Source: Chiloscyllium plagiosum (Eukaryota). From it: DNA of 59,507 nt. Made by a program: the position numbers and the translations under genes. The notes beneath the pieces are model-generated. The model was not told where the DNA came from. It saw nothing but the letters and a program-made list of their open reading frames with translations, and ran no database searches. Every line of letters begins with the position of its first letter. Position 1 is the first letter of the stretch. The stretch lies in NCBI RefSeq assembly GCF_004010195.1, contig NW_025215381.1, positions 472,053 to 531,559 on the forward strand, given 5' to 3'. Of the stretch, positions 27,069 to 39,105 are shown one piece after another.

Positions 27069-28104
27069 AAAGAACAAAGAAAATTTACAACCCAGGGAGA
27101 GGCCCTTTGGCCCTCCAAGCCTGAGCCGATTAAAATGTACTGTCAGTCATTTCCTAAGCATCTGTATCCCTCTGCTCCCCACCGACTCATGCATCTGTCC
27201 AGACGCATCTTAAGTGAATCTATCGTGCCTGCCTCTACCACTTCTGCTGGCAACACGTTCCAAATGCCCACCACCCTCTGTGTTAAGTACTTACCGCGTG
27301 TATCCCCCTTAAACTTTCCACCTCTCACTTTGAAAGCATGACCTCTTGTTATTGAATCCTTCACCCTGTCTGTACGCTTCATGATTTTGTAAACCTCAAT
27401 CAGGTCCCCCCTCAATCTCCTTTTTTCTAGTGAAAATAAACCTAACCTACTCAACCTCTCTTCAAAGCTAGCACCTTCCATACTAGGCAACATCGTCGTA
27501 AATCTTCTCTGCACCCTCTCCAAAGCGTCCACATCCTTTTGCTAATGTGGCGCCCAGAACTCTACACAGTATTCTAAATGCGGCCGAACCAATGTCTTGT
27601 ACAATTTTAACATGACTTGCCAGCTTTTATACCCAATACCCCGTCCAATGAAGGCAAGCATGCCTTCTTGACCACTCTATCCACCTGTGCAGCAACCTTC
27701 AGGTACAATAGACCTGCACTCCCAGATCTCTCTGCCCATCAACTTTTCCCAAGGATCTTCTATTCATTGTATAATTCGCTCTAAAATTAGACTTGCCTAA
27801 ATGCATCACTTCATATTTGACTGGATTGAAAGCCATCTGCCACTTTTCCGCCCAACTCTCCAGTCTATTTATATCCTCCTGTATTCTCTGACAGTCCCTT
27901 ATGCTTTCTGCCACTCCGTCAATCTTTGTGTCATCTGCAAACTTGCTGATCATACCAACAGTGCCCTCTTCCAGACCATTTATGTATATTACAAACAACA
28001 GTGGCCCCAATACTGACCCCTGTGGAACACCACTGGTCACCATTCTCCATTTCGAGAAACTCCCTTCAACTACTACTCTCTGTCTCCTGTTGCTCAACCA
28101 GTTC

Positions 28105-28583
28105 NNNNNNNNNNNNNNNNNNNNNNNNNNNNNNNNNNNNNNNNNNNNNNNNNNNNNNNNNNNNNNNNNNNNNNNNNNNNNNNNNNNNNNNNNNNNNNNN
28201 NNNNNNNNNNNNNNNNNNNNNNNNNNNNNNNNNNNNNNNNNNNNNNNNNNNNNNNNNNNNNNNNNNNNNNNNNNNNNNNNNNNNNNNNNNNNNNNNNNNN
28301 NNNNNNNNNNNNNNNNNNNNNNNNNNNNNNNNNNNNNNNNNNNNNNNNNNNNNNNNNNNNNNNNNNNNNNNNNNNNNNNNNNNNNNNNNNNNNNNNNNNN
28401 NNNNNNNNNNNNNNNNNNNNNNNNNNNNNNNNNNNNNNNNNNNNNNNNNNNNNNNNNNNNNNNNNNNNNNNNNNNNNNNNNNNNNNNNNNNNNNNNNNNN
28501 NNNNNNNNNNNNNNNNNNNNNNNNNNNNNNNNNNNNNNNNNNNNNNNNNNNNNNNNNNNNNNNNNNNNNNNNNNNNNNNNNNN
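28105..28583. other. Assembly gap
   Basis: Run of N. Confidence 1.
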
Positions 28584-29079
28584 GGCAAGGTGGGGGGAGG
28601 GGGGATGAAGAAACTGGTGAAGTCCAAGTTCATTGCCTGTGGTTGGAGGGTTCCCAGTCGGAAGATAAGACTCTCCTCCTCCGACCGTCGGGTTGTTGTG
28701 GTTAGGTTGGGTCGGTGGGGGGTGTGGATCTGACAAGGGAGTCGCGGAGGGAGTGGTCTCTACGGAAAGCTGATAGGGGAGGGGAGGGAAATATATCCTT
28801 GGTGCTGGGGTCTGTTTGGAGGTGGCGGAAGTGACGGCGGATGATGCGCTGTACATGGAGAGAGGTATATCCGCCACAGATTCACCTGCACTTAGGACCT
28901 CTTTCCACCTATCACATTTCCAACGCCCCTCCTCCAAGTCCCTCCTCCCTACCTTTTATCTTCTCCTGCTGAACACTCTCTGCTCATTCCTGAAGAAGGG
29001 CCTGTGCCCGAAACGTCGAATCTCCTGTTCCCTGGATGCTGCCTGACCTGCTGTGCTGTTCCAGCAATAAAGTTTCAAC
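28584..29079. mobile_element. Penelope-like element: minus-strand ORF remnant + inverted terminal repeat
   Basis: Minus strand reads LHVQRIIRRHFRHLQTDPSTKDIFPSPPLSAFRRDHSLRDSLVRS and LIFRLGTLQPQAMNLDF; plus-strand terminal repeat at about 28870-29079. Confidence 0.85.
28986..29021 (+). ncRNA. Minimal type I hammerhead ribozyme motif (best-paired copy)
   Basis: attc-CTGAAGA-a-GGGC-ctgt-GCCC-GAAAC-GTC-gaat; perfect 4-bp stems I and II. Confidence 0.85.
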
Positions 29080-30240
29080 CTTATCAAACGCCTTACTAAA
29101 ATCCATGTATATGACATCAACAGCCCTTCCTTCATCTAACAACTTGGTCAATTCCTCGAAGAACTCTCTTAAATTGGTAAGGCACAATCTCCCCCACACA
29201 AAACCATGTTGCCCAACACCGAGAAGGTCATTCCATTCCAAATATAAATAGATCCTATCTCTCAGTACCCTCTCCAGCAACTTCCCCACCACCGACATCA
29301 GGCTCACTGGTCTGGAGTTACCCAGAATATCCCTACTACCCTTCTTGTACAGGGGGACAACATGGGCAACTTTCCAGTCCTCCGGCACCTCACCTGTATT
29401 TAAGGATGCCACAAAGCTATCTGTCGGGGCCCCAGCTATTTCCTCTCTCGCCTCCCTCAGCAACCTGGGATAGACCCCATCCGGTCCTGGGGATTTGTCC
29501 ACCTTAATAACCTCTAGCCTATCCAACACATCTTCCCTACTTATGCCAACGTGATCCAGACTAATCAAACTTCTATCTCTAATCTGAACATTCATCATGT
29601 TCCTCTCCTCAGTGAACACTGATGCAAAGTAATCACTCAGAATCTCACCCATTCTCTCAGGTTCAGCACAGCCTTCCTTCATTATCTTTTCGTGAACCAA
29701 TCCTTTCTCTAGTTACCCACTTGCTTCTTATAGAAGAATAAAATGCTTTGGGATTTTCCTAAATACTGCTAGCTAAAGCTATTTCATGACCCCTTTTAGC
29801 CCACTTGACTCCTTGTTTAAGACTGGTCCTACTCTTCCAATATTCCTTCAGCGCCCATTCTGTTCTCAGCTGCCTAGACCTTATGTACTCTTCCCTTTTC
29901 CTCTTGGCTAGTCGTACAATTTCTCCTGTCATCCATGGTTCACTAACCTTGCCCTTCCTATCCTTTGCCTTCAACAGGACATGCCTATCCTGCACTATCT
30001 ATCTTTGAAAGCCTCCCACATCTCAAATGTGGACTTCCGTTCAAATAGCTGCGTCCAATCCACATTTCCCAGCTCCTGTCTAATTTTGATATAATTGGCC
30101 TTGGCCCAATTTAGCACTCTTCCCTTAGGACCACTCTCTTCTTTATCTACGAGTATTGTAAAACTTACAGAATTGTGGTCACTGTTCCCAAAGAAATCCC
30201 CCACCGCAATTTCTACCACTTGTCCTGGCTCATTCCCCAA

Positions 30241-30663
30241 AGACTAACAAATGTAAGGTGCTAGCTCAAGAGCTCTCTAAAAGGTACCTGCCTGTGGAAG
30301 GAGTTTGCACAGCAGAACATCAAAACTGACCTGGCAAGAATCTACAGAGGAAAATCTACAAGGGAGAATTGACAACGCTGATTGGATTTGAAACATTAAT
30401 TTTTTTTGTAAATCTTAATCAGGAGTTTTTTTTTAAATCTGACTAGTATGGTAGAGTGGGAGGTAAAAGATAGGTTTAAGAGAAAGGAGTTGGGGTTTAG
30501 TATTCTTTGTCGGACTTACAGAATAAAGTTGTTAATTTTTACTTTAATAGTGACCTCTGGGATAGTTCTTTGCCTCTCTAATTTTAACAGAATACAGCAC
30601 AGAGTGAATCTTTTCTGTGCTGCTGGTTGAAATTAGCAGAGGGGTTTACTCCATGTCGTAATA
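30241..30663 (+). mobile_element. Solo LTR-like element, right part
   Basis: AATAAA near 30522; ends agcagaggggtttactccatgtcgtaata, compare aacagaggggttcacctctgtgtcataaca at 5501-5530. Confidence 0.7.
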
Positions 30664-30760
30664 CCATGGAGACATGGGGAGAATGTGCATACAGTCAACC
30701 AAGGCTGGAATCAAACCCAGGCCCCTGGATTTTGTGGCAGGAGTGCGAACTACTGAGCTG
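30664..30760 (-). mobile_element. V-SINE/HE1-like SINE, 5' half
   Basis: ggagacatggggagaatgtgc...aaacccaggcccctgg continues the copy interrupted at 26801. Confidence 0.72.
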
Positions 30761-31815
30761 CTTGATACCAGTGTAGGCCTTTTCACAATCAGGTGGTCTT
30801 GTTTCTACACTGCAATGAAAGCATCCTTCAACTCAAACCTCAGATGTACCAAACCACCAAACTTGCTTACAAAATTCATTTGAAAATTTAAATCTAGATG
30901 TGGCTGATTGCTGGTTGCAGTTCACACTCTTCTATTTAACAATATATGTTTCAATCCCTTTAAAACTTGTGCTTATCTAGGTTCCATGCATCTACAATTT
31001 CTCCTAGCAAACATTCTACATGGACTCAACTCACCATAGCCAAGGGCTCTGTTCGCTCTGCAAGTTGCAATCATCTAAACACTATCTGGATCACACTAAA
31101 TTTTTCAAATGGCACGCACACAGAGGACACTCTAAAACTGGTTAGTCAGTGGCAAACTTAGAATCTGAGGCTGGGCTGTAGGTTGCCTCTCTCTGGGCAA
31201 TGACCCTCTCACTATATCCAGAGAGCATATGTCGGTCTTTGCTGATCAAATTTATGTCTTGAAGCATATAATCCTCATATGATTATGGTCAAGTTTTGCA
31301 ACTCCCCTCTCTCTTTCAGCTCTTTACTTCTTTACCCAATTTTGCCCTCCCTTTTTCTAGCATCCAAGTTTTATTATGACTCCCAAACCCACCCACTTCT
31401 GAACTTTTAAATCTGTGGAGTATTTTCACTCCCCTCACTTTTCTGTTCTCCAGCTCCAACCCATCTTTGAATCAGACGTTCTGGAAAGCCCAATCTGTAG
31501 CAGCCAAGACAGTGAATAAATTTGAGTAGATAGATCGATTCCCAATTAGTAATGGGTTTAAAGGGTTATGGAGAGCAGGCAATGTGTCTAGGATCAGCCA
31601 TGTATTAAATGGCAGGATAGGCTTGAGGGCTTAATTTCTAATCATACTGCTGGTTTTTATACTTCAGCCAACAGCAAGGAATTGACTGACTTCAGTTCTG
31701 TCCTGCATTGATGTCATCCTTCCTAATCCACTTGGCCAGCTCTGTTGAAGACATTGGATTTTCAAATCAATGAACACATCCACAGTGCTCATGCAAAACA
31801 TCTTAGAATCACCTA

Positions 31816-31944
<129 letters not shown>

Positions 31945-34429
31945 CTAATGGCCAAAAATAACAGGCAGTACAATGTCATCAATTTCCCCACATTAATCTA
32001 AAATAGCTGCAGCCATTATTCTGGAGTTGCTAGCTTTTGAATTGATCAGTCAGTCATCTATGGCAATGCATGGAAACCCACAGTCCGATTTGAAACCCTT
32101 GCAATAAAATCCAGAAATTTTCTTTCTCTGTTGCACTCTTGACACACCTCACTTACCTCACATCCAGAGTATGCAGCAAAGAACCAAAGCTTAGGGATCA
32201 CCAACAACAGCTCCCCAAACAAAGAAGGATCCAGATGTGTAACCATTGAGATTAACTTTGAAACAACCACAAAGTTTAGCAACAAGAAGCAACATGCCTG
32301 CCAGTTCACTAGGTAGAACCACTCAAGCCTTGTACAGTTGCTTGCACAGTATTAGAAGGTATCACCAGCTAAACCTCCAAATCAGAGAGAACCAGCCTAG
32401 TCAGTCGGGGACGTTTCTCAGAGTTACAGAGAAACTGCTTGGCTCAGCAATCAACTACTTCCGAGGTTAGTTTCCAACCTGCAACTTCCCATCGCCTGTT
32501 ACATCATTTTGGTGACAACTTGATCCAGAACTAGATCATGTATAACATGCAACTAAAATATAAGTAAGCAATATGGTGATAAACATGTTTTGTTTAAATT
32601 AGGCTACATTTTTAAAAGGGAAATCAGGATTTCCTTTTCAAATCAAAGTACAGTGCTTTTTAATTTTCTGATATGCAGAACAGCACTCAAATAGCTGATA
32701 GTCATTAGCATTGGCATTGGGTGAGCTCATGTTTATGAGCAGGTTGGGTGAGGAGCACTATCCGAAAGAACATGGTGAATCCAACTGTCCCCTTGACAAT
32801 ACAGCAAGTTTACGCTCGTTTTACCCAAACCTGTTGCCATGTTTCTATGCTTGGAATAAAATCTGAAACGCAATGCCATTATCAAGGTTATGAAATAAGT
32901 AACGTGAAGACAACACTACCCATCCCTACATGCTGAGCACTGAACTATTCAGCTTTCTAGATTCAACAGAAGTATACAGGCATACTAAACAATAAATTAG
33001 ATACTAGTACTGGAATTTTAAATAACAGGCTGATTTTGCTGCTGGGACTTGCATTTTGCAGTCACTGTAAGAAGCCATCCAAACCAGGTTTATAGGATTT
33101 TGCAGACATTTCAAAGGGGAATAGTTATTCAGATAAATGAGAGCAATTTATCCCACTGTGTCACTTAGTTCTGGTACAAAACTATTACATGCCCCCAATA
33201 TTTACATATTTAACCACCTATTCTCTTATAAAGTCACCATGTTTAATTCTCAGTGTGGCTCCCCAGGTGCCAGGCTTGAACTACCTTGCTAAAATGAAAT
33301 GAGAAATGTCAGCATGTTTGGCCCGATACTCAACGTGTAAGGCACTTGGCCAACCATGGAATGGCCACCTTCAATACCAACACCTTGGTCATCTTTCCCC
33401 TCATCCTTCTCAATACCTAATGTATGACACATCAAAACAAGAGCTTCGCCATTTCTTTTTCTATCACTGCCTGCTCAGGCTTTTTAAAAATCAATTCATA
33501 GCATGGCAGTGTGCCTAGAAAGGCCAGTATCAACTGCCTGTCTATAACTGCCCTTGTGAAGCTGATAAGCCAGCATCTTCCCTACAATTAAATAGTTTAC
33601 TGGGTCATTTCAGAAGCTGGTTAAGAGTCACTTGGATGTCAGACTAGGCACAGTTCCTCTGAAAGGGCACAACTAAACAAGATGGGTTTGTATCACAATC
33701 TGCTTGCTCCAGGGTTACCAATGCTGCTGCCAGCTTGAGTCCACATTTATTCAGTCAACGGATACTGTTTTAAGTTTCTCAGCTGCTTCTGTGGGATTTG
33801 AATGTGTCTGCAGCCCCTGAACCTTGTGTTACTAGTGCAGCAACATTATCACAATGGAACTGTTGCAGAACAAAAAACAGAAAAGGCTTGCCACAGAATA
33901 CAATGAGCAAGTTGCTCTGGAAATCCATTATTTACAATACGTAGGGCATTGTTGGCATTATGGTCTTTAGCTACACTCACACCTCTTTTGACATTTTTGA
34001 GTGGTACAACTAATTGCATGTTGTTCAATTTGGAATTCTTTAACTGACTTGTATCCAACAGACCTTTTTAGCTTGGTATGGTCAACAAGCAATTAAAAAT
34101 GCTAGTGCAATGTTGACCTTTTTCTCAGGGGAATTAAACGTAAAGGGAAGGATAAGATACATGTTTCATATAAATTTCTGGTTCACGCCTAATTAATGTG
34201 ATAAATCAGTCTGGACATTGCACCTCAGGAGGGATGATTGGTTATGAAGGGTGCTGTGCATATTCGGCAAAAATGGTAACTGGAAAATCAGGTTAAATTG
34301 TGAGGACATGTTGCACTGACTGGCTTGTATGGTTAGAACTTAACGCAGATCTATTCAAATTGCAGAAGATTAAGAGATGAGTTCATAGGTAGATACTTCT
34401 TTGCAGATAAAAAGGAGCATAGACTTCCA

Positions 34430-34635
34430 AATCTAGATTAGAGTGGTGCTGGAAAAGCACAGCAGGTCAGGCAGTATCCAAACAGCAGGAAAATCGACGT
34501 TTTGGTCAAGTCAACTGTTCAAGGATGATGTCAGAAATCAGTTCTGAAGAAGTCACATTGGACTCAAAACTTGAGTTCTGCTTCCTGACCACAGACGTTC
34601 CCAGACCTGCTGAGCTTCTCTGGCAATTTGTTTGT
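34430..34635. mobile_element. Two Penelope terminal-repeat fragments in opposite orientation
   Basis: gctggaaaagcacagcaggtcaggcag...aatcgacgtttt, then a degenerate hammerhead (ctgaagaagtcacattggactcaaaac) and cagacctgctgagc. Confidence 0.65.
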
Positions 34636-35232
34636 ATGGCAATTCCATGCCCACTGTGGACTGGAGCTCTGGAATGCTGTGACTGAGGAAAATAAGCTGT
34701 TGAAGATATGGGGAAAATTCTAATACTGCAATCGATAGAGTTTTCTAAGACAAAGATATCGTGGAACCAGGATAAGTTAAAAAGAAATTTCAAGTCAGGC
34801 ATGAATAGGAGAAACAGCTCCAGGGACCTAATCACAGGTACTAAATCGCAGGACAGGCTCAAACAGTTAAATGGGTCACTCCTGATTCTTTGGCCCTTCG
34901 CACATGTTAAAGACAAGACAGCAGTGAAGCTCTGTCTGACCACAAACTTCATAAACATGGCTATTCATTTTCAGCAGGAGCACCCTGTAAAGCACAACAA
35001 ATTGGCAACTTTATCAAAGCTGATCCATCTGCTAATATGGCAAAATGAGCCAAAAGGAAGCAGGCAGTGAAAGATCATGCTTCTGATGGGGGTAAAAAAA
35101 AGTAAGGAAGTTGGAGAGAGGTAGAGAAAAAGATATAGGATTTAAAGGAAAATTATTTTAAAATTAAAGAAAAATGACAGAATTTTTTTTAAAATGGATA
35201 GATAGGACTAGGACAAATAAAGCTACTTTTAA

Positions 35233-35401
35233 GGAGCAAATTACTGCTGATGCTGGAATCTGTACTGAAAACAAGAAATGCTGGAGATACAGCAGGTCAG
35301 ACAACAAGCTGATGTTTCGTGTCTAGACTCAAAACATTAGTTTGCTCTCTCTCACGGACGTTGTCTGACCTGCTGTGATCTCCAGCATTTCTTGCTTTCG
35401 G
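35233..35401. mobile_element. Penelope-type fold-back insertion
   Basis: caagaaatgctggagat-acagcaggtcagacaac inverted at 35360-35395; 15-bp duplication taaagctacttttaa / taaaactacttttaa (35218-35232, 35402-35416). Confidence 0.78.
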
Positions 35402-35826
35402 TAAAACTACTTTTAATCTGCATCAAGGAGTAGAATGCAAATCCCTGGAGACCACAGATTGCTCAGGAACTGTGAACAGGTCAAGTCTGACATACACTGA
35501 CAGTGCTAGAAATTCATAGACTGTCAATCCTCGGTGTGTTAGTCAACACCATGTACTGTAGCATTGAATTAAACTGGATAGGCCACCAGCCTGATGATTC
35601 AAGTTGAATTTGAGTTTCATGAGTACAGCCACAGTTTGCCTATCTTTACACCAATTCCAAAATTGATCACAAGACGTCTTCTTGTTAGTTGCACAGTGAT
35701 AAATAAAAGGAACCATTAGTGAAATCCAGTCACATCAGCAATAGGCTTGAGGTCAGACAATCAGAAGGAGGGTATCGCTTGACCGCCCACCCTATCCTTC
35801 AACAAACACATGGAAGTAAAACTTAC

Positions 35827-35881
35827 GTGGTGCGCCTTCTGCCATTTCAATTGCAGTAATCCCCAAAGACCAAATGTCACT
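35827..35881 (-). CDS. MINK1: MINK1-like kinase, exon ~8 (55 nt)
   Basis: cag|AGT...CAC|gtaagt; SDIWSLGITAIEMAEGAP(P); SDIWSLG is the MINK1-type sequence. Confidence 0.95.
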
Positions 35882-36136
35882 CTGCAAGAAAATCAAAATC
35901 AGTAAGTTAAAGGGGTCAAAATCTGCTTGTTTCATTAACCGCTTTCTGTCAGAGCAATGCCTTCTTATAATTTTGTGTTTATGTCACAGCCATCAGGTCA
36001 TTCAGGATAAAAATGTGGCCAATGTGTTAATATTTGAAGGATTACATTACAATCAAAACTTGCAAAATGGAGAAAGGTAGACAGAAATGGAGAGAAAACT
36101 AAGTTTGCAATTTTATCTTTGATATTTTTTTCATGC

Positions 36137-36495
36137 AGTATGGGTGTAGTTGAGAAGAGATGCCTATCTCTAATTACCCTAGAACACAGTGGCATGTCAG
36201 GCTATCTCACAAGGGCGTTAACAGTCAACATCTGGATGCGGGTCTGTAGTCACATGTAGGCCACACTAATGAAGAACAGCAGATTTTCTTGCCTAAATAG
36301 CGCAAGTGAATAGGGTGGTTCTCCAAGACAATCAACAGCAGTTATGGTCACCATGTTTGATACGAGCGTTTAATTCCAGATTAATTAATTGAATTCAAAC
36401 TCTACCAGCTGCAATGGTGGAAATTAACCGAAGTCCCCAAAGCATTAGCATGGAACCTTTCAATGACCAACCTAGTGACATGGCCAAGGCACCAG
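36137..36495 (-). mobile_element. LF-SINE-like SINE, target of the LTR element
   Basis: gggtctgtagtcacatgtaggcc core; its terminal bases (ccaccatctcccc) reappear at 39568-39580. Confidence 0.6.
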
Positions 36496-37036
36496 TGAAA
36501 ATGTGAATAAGCAGGCAGAGAAAGAATTAAGTTCTGAGTTTTGTGAAACAAGAGGCTCGACTAAGCAAGACTCAGGTCAGAGAAGAATTTACAGTTGACA
36601 ACAGGGTGCTGGAGGCAAGAGCAATGGATTAACAAGGTGGAAAAACAGTCATTATGTATATTTGCTTCCAATATTGTTATTTAGTATGCAAGGTCACTTA
36701 ACAAGGTGAGAAATGTTCATTATGTGAATCCACCTAACAAGGTAAAGAACATTCATTGTGTAACAGTAAAGGGCTTGATCTCTGCTATTGATACTCATTG
36801 ATCGTAACGGTCACCCAATTACTATGTATGTTGCCTTATCTGGATGCTCCTCCTTGTAAAATTGACTATATGGTTCATTGAGAAACTGCTGTTCCAGAGA
36901 AGACCGTGAATTTATATCCCTGTGCACATGGGCGATCGTTCTCCCTCCCTCCAGGGCCTGGAATAAAGATGAAGGAGGTGAAACTACTGTGTCTCTGAGC
37001 GTTTTGCTTTGACTGGGGGGGGGGAACAAGATGACA
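36496..37036 (+). repeat. 5' LTR
   Basis: Direct repeat of 39106-39567 (14 differences in about 115 bp counted by eye, near 88%); CCAAT, TATA-like ctatat near 36866, AATAAA at 36962-36967. Confidence 0.9.
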
Positions 37037-37040
37037 ATAT

Positions 37041-37058
37041 TAGCATAATCAGCAGGAT
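37041..37058 (+). promoter_or_regulatory. Primer-binding site, tRNA-Ser-like
   Basis: TAGCATAATCAGCAGGAT versus TGGCGTAGTCGGCAGGAT (complement of the recalled tRNA-Ser 3' end): 14/18, all four changes G>A; 4 nt after the LTR. Confidence 0.8.
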
Positions 37059-38736
37059 CCAAATGAATGGTTACGATCGGAGGGTGTCAGCGGCCGCCCA
37101 GAACATTGGTGTCATGAGACGGACGAGCCCAAAAAGTAAGATATTAAACCTTGGCCCCTCTCAGTATTCCTGTGTGAAGATGGTCCCCTCGCTTGATCGC
37201 TCTCTATTCTACGGATTTCGTGAATAGTAATTAGTTCAGTCAAGAGACACAGTCACAAGCCCGTTGGCAAACAGAGGTTCATGTCCTCTGCGCTGCATTG
37301 GGGGAGGGGGGTGTGATTGAGGTTTCAGTCCTCTGCACAGTACTGAGGTTCGAGTCCACTGGGTGAGTTGACTTGAGGTTTAAGTTCTCTGCACTGTACT
37401 GAGGTTCAGCTTCTCTGTGTTTAAATGGGATTCGAGCCCCCGTGAGGAGTAAAGTGAGAAAGGGGTTAAAGTCCCCTAGTGGCAAAATTTGAGGTTCTGC
37501 AAGTTCTGGGGGAAGAGAGTAGCTTGGATTGTGGCGCCATGTGGTCTGCTGCAAGGGCTTTCTCTTTATATAAGTGTAATTTCAGTGAGAGGATGCAACA
37601 AAAAGTGAAATGCTGAAATTAAGGTTGTACTAATACTTGGCTGAAAAAGGAATGCTTCAATGTAAATTGTGCCACGCTGTGAGTGTTTGATATTTAAAAA
37701 TTTTGATTGGTTAAAATACTGGTTTGGAAAATTATTTTAAGTAACTGTTCGGCCTTATTTGAATCAGGATTTCAATTCAGTGCATTTTGTGGGTTAAATA
37801 ATGTGGCAGATTTTGTTTTTACATTAAAATTGTACAACATTATGTCCTTTTTAAAATTATCAAACTTGTAACCTTAAAACACTTTGATTGACTGCCTTGA
37901 CCCCCCTGATGTTTTGAAATTCTACAATGCTTGTTTAAATAAAAAACAGTTGGGTCAGTGGTCATGCTTTAACCAGATGACTGTATTGTATTATAATATC
38001 TTTGCTGCGTGTTTTTACTGCAGAGTGCTCAAAAAAAAGTGCATTTTTAGTTTGACGTTTTGTTAAGACTTTCTAGAGAATATCAGAACTTGAGGCTGAG
38101 CTGTTTAAATTCTGTTAATTATTGTTAACACTTCATTGCTCCCACCCCCTTCATATTGTAAATTCAAAGAATGTTGATCTCTACCAAAGTTGCCACTGTA
38201 ATTCTTACAGTTTTGGGAAGTTTCATTTGGAGAACATATTTTAAAACATTCAGCATTTGTTTCTCATGAATATTGCTGTTCTCTTGCTGTTCCAGATTTT
38301 TGAAATACATTTCCTGACAGCTTTCATATTAGCCAAGTATCAATTTAAAGGAAAATAATGTTTGACCATCCTGAATGGGGTACCCCCAAGGGTTTGATTT
38401 TAGGACCATTGACTTATTTATAATTGACTGAATTGTTTGGGCAGTACAATTTAGAAGTTTATGGATTGTATAAAACTTGATAATGTCATAAATAGTGAAC
38501 AGAGTAATAGACTTCACAAATTCAAAGGATGATGAAATAGGCAGGCATAATTTAGTGTTGTTAAATGTGTGACTGATAACCACCTTGGCAAGGAAGGAAT
38601 GAGAGAGGAAATGCAAAGATACTTTCAGCAGCTAACATCATCTCTAGAGTTTCTCCATTCACAAGTAAATCACGCCTTCAGATAAGTGGCTACCCCTCCA
38701 CAGCCTGATCCAACGGATTCAATTAGCTCCCCAGTC

Positions 38737-38826
38737 ATGAGCATAAGCAGCGAAGAAGCTAACAACAATGAAGAGGAGGTCAGTACGCTTTTTGTCAGTG
38801 GCCTTCCTACAGACACTAAACCATGT
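38737..38826 (+). pseudogene. Processed 5' fragment of an RBPMS/RBPMS2 mRNA inside the LTR element
   Basis: MSISSEEANNNEEEVSTLFVSGLPTDTKP versus the family motif EEEVRTLFVSGLP(L/V)DIKP; similarity stops after KP; paralog not resolvable by eye. Confidence 0.8.
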
Positions 38827-39094
38827 TGGACTTTACTGAAGGAGATTTTGGAGAACTGGCTCATTTCTACTCGACCGGAGGGGATGGAGTGGTCACTAAG
38901 GACAGTGGATTTAAGAACTTTACTGGTGATTTTTTTTCCCACATGGGAGGATTCTTCAAACTCTAATTACTGTAATGGACTAGTAATTTTTGTTATAATC
39001 ATTGCATGTTCTGTATCAATTACTTGCTTAAATACTGGCTGTCAGAATCTTATGAAAGCTGGTAGTGCTATCTCAGTGGTTATCATGAAATGAT

Positions 39095-39105
39095 AAAGGA
39101 GGGAA
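39095..39105 (+). promoter_or_regulatory. Polypurine tract
   Basis: AAAGGAGGGAA immediately before the 3' LTR. Confidence 0.8.

Larger units (their letters stand above)
27069..30240 (-). mobile_element. CR1 LINE (ORF2 + 3' end), interrupted by an assembly gap and a Penelope element
   Basis: Minus-strand ORFs with SDHNSVSF, KSPGPDG, MDFSKAFDKV, GVPQGSVLGPLLF, KFADDTK, LERVQRRFT. Confidence 0.95.

Noticed and set aside
27699..28937. Long ORFs of 179-412 aa (also those at 40499-41000 and 54152-54934)
   Set aside because: Artefacts of translating through N gaps; the real parts are CR1 or Penelope fragments.
37272..37477. CRISPR array or tRNA gene cluster
   Set aside because: Repeats are short, degenerate and irregularly spaced, with no cas genes, no cloverleaf and no A box; eukaryotic context.
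38686..39093. A functional nested RBPMS gene
   Set aside because: Only about 30 codons match, the RRM is cut after its first strand, there are no further exons, and it lies between LTRs.
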